A DNA stretch of 64,000 nucleotides from a virus (taxonomy: Duplodnaviria > Caudoviricetes). The stretch lies in IMG/VR virus record IMGVR_UViG_3300028833_000053. The stretch is one strand, 5' to 3'. Positions 63,897 to 64,000 of the stretch are shown here, piece after piece; position 1 is the stretch's first letter; every line of letters starts with the position of its first letter. The position numbers were made by a program, and so were the translations under genes. The notes beneath the pieces were generated by a model. That model was not told the origin of the DNA, did not search any database, and saw only the letters and a list, made by a program, of their open reading frames with translations.

Positions 63897-64000
63897 ATGA
63901 AAACCATAAAGGAATCATATGAGGTTTCGGATGATCTCGCCAAGAGATTGAATTCAATCCTTGCCGACGAGTTCCTGGCTGCGGAAGCCTATCGTCTTGC
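63897..64000 (+). CDS. Partial ORF, possibly ferritin-like (Dps-like/bacterioferritin)
   Basis: MKTIKES...LNSILADEFLAAEAY resembles ferritin-like helix A; truncated by the window end. Confidence 0.4.
   Translation, partial: MKTIKESYEVSDDLAKRLNSILADEFLAAEAYRL

Noticed and set aside
1-64000. Suppressor tRNA-CUA, other tRNAs, CRISPR array
   Set aside because: No cloverleaf/T-loop context or regularly spaced repeats recognised by eye; tRNAscan was not run, and such genes may lie outside the window.

Overview
64 kb segment of a large T4-like (myovirus) dsDNA phage. It carries gp23 major capsid, gp22-like scaffold, gp13-like neck, gp18 tail sheath, gp6-like baseplate wedge, UvsW helicase and a family B DNA polymerase. 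The window clearly uses genetic code 15 (TAG = Gln). About 46 in-frame TAG codons in about 21 genes split what the supplied code-11 ORF track shows as fragments, and paralog alignments put TAG exactly opposite Gln. None of the gene ends I checked needs TAG as its stop. Re-translation gives long genes, including a 1274-aa signal-peptide/BspA-LRR/LamG protein, and reveals a GroES-like gene absent from the track. Two promoter classes are visible: a late-type GTAAATA motif (about 24 copies, often divergent pairs) and host sigma70-type TTGACA-N17-TATACT/TATAAT promoters. The most notable candidate new system is an early, sigma70-driven pncA - prs-like - Nampt-like - nadE cluster with no adenylyltransferase. 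Its Nampt-like enzyme has Ser where nicotinamide-specific Nampt has the specificity Asp, which suggests a deamidated (nicotinate/NaAD) variant of the phage NAD+ reconstitution anti-defence pathway. Other highlights: a divergent pair of polbeta-type nucleotidyltransferase fusion proteins (2x NTase + ligase-like; NTase + PD-(D/E)xK nuclease), a family of late proteins with capsid-targeting-like leaders and Glu-cleavage-like junctions, fibre-like proteins with signal peptides, a small protein resembling the capsid N-terminus, IF-1, and a DnaJ/Hsp20/triple-GroES chaperone set. All calls come from motif recognition by eye; no searches were run.
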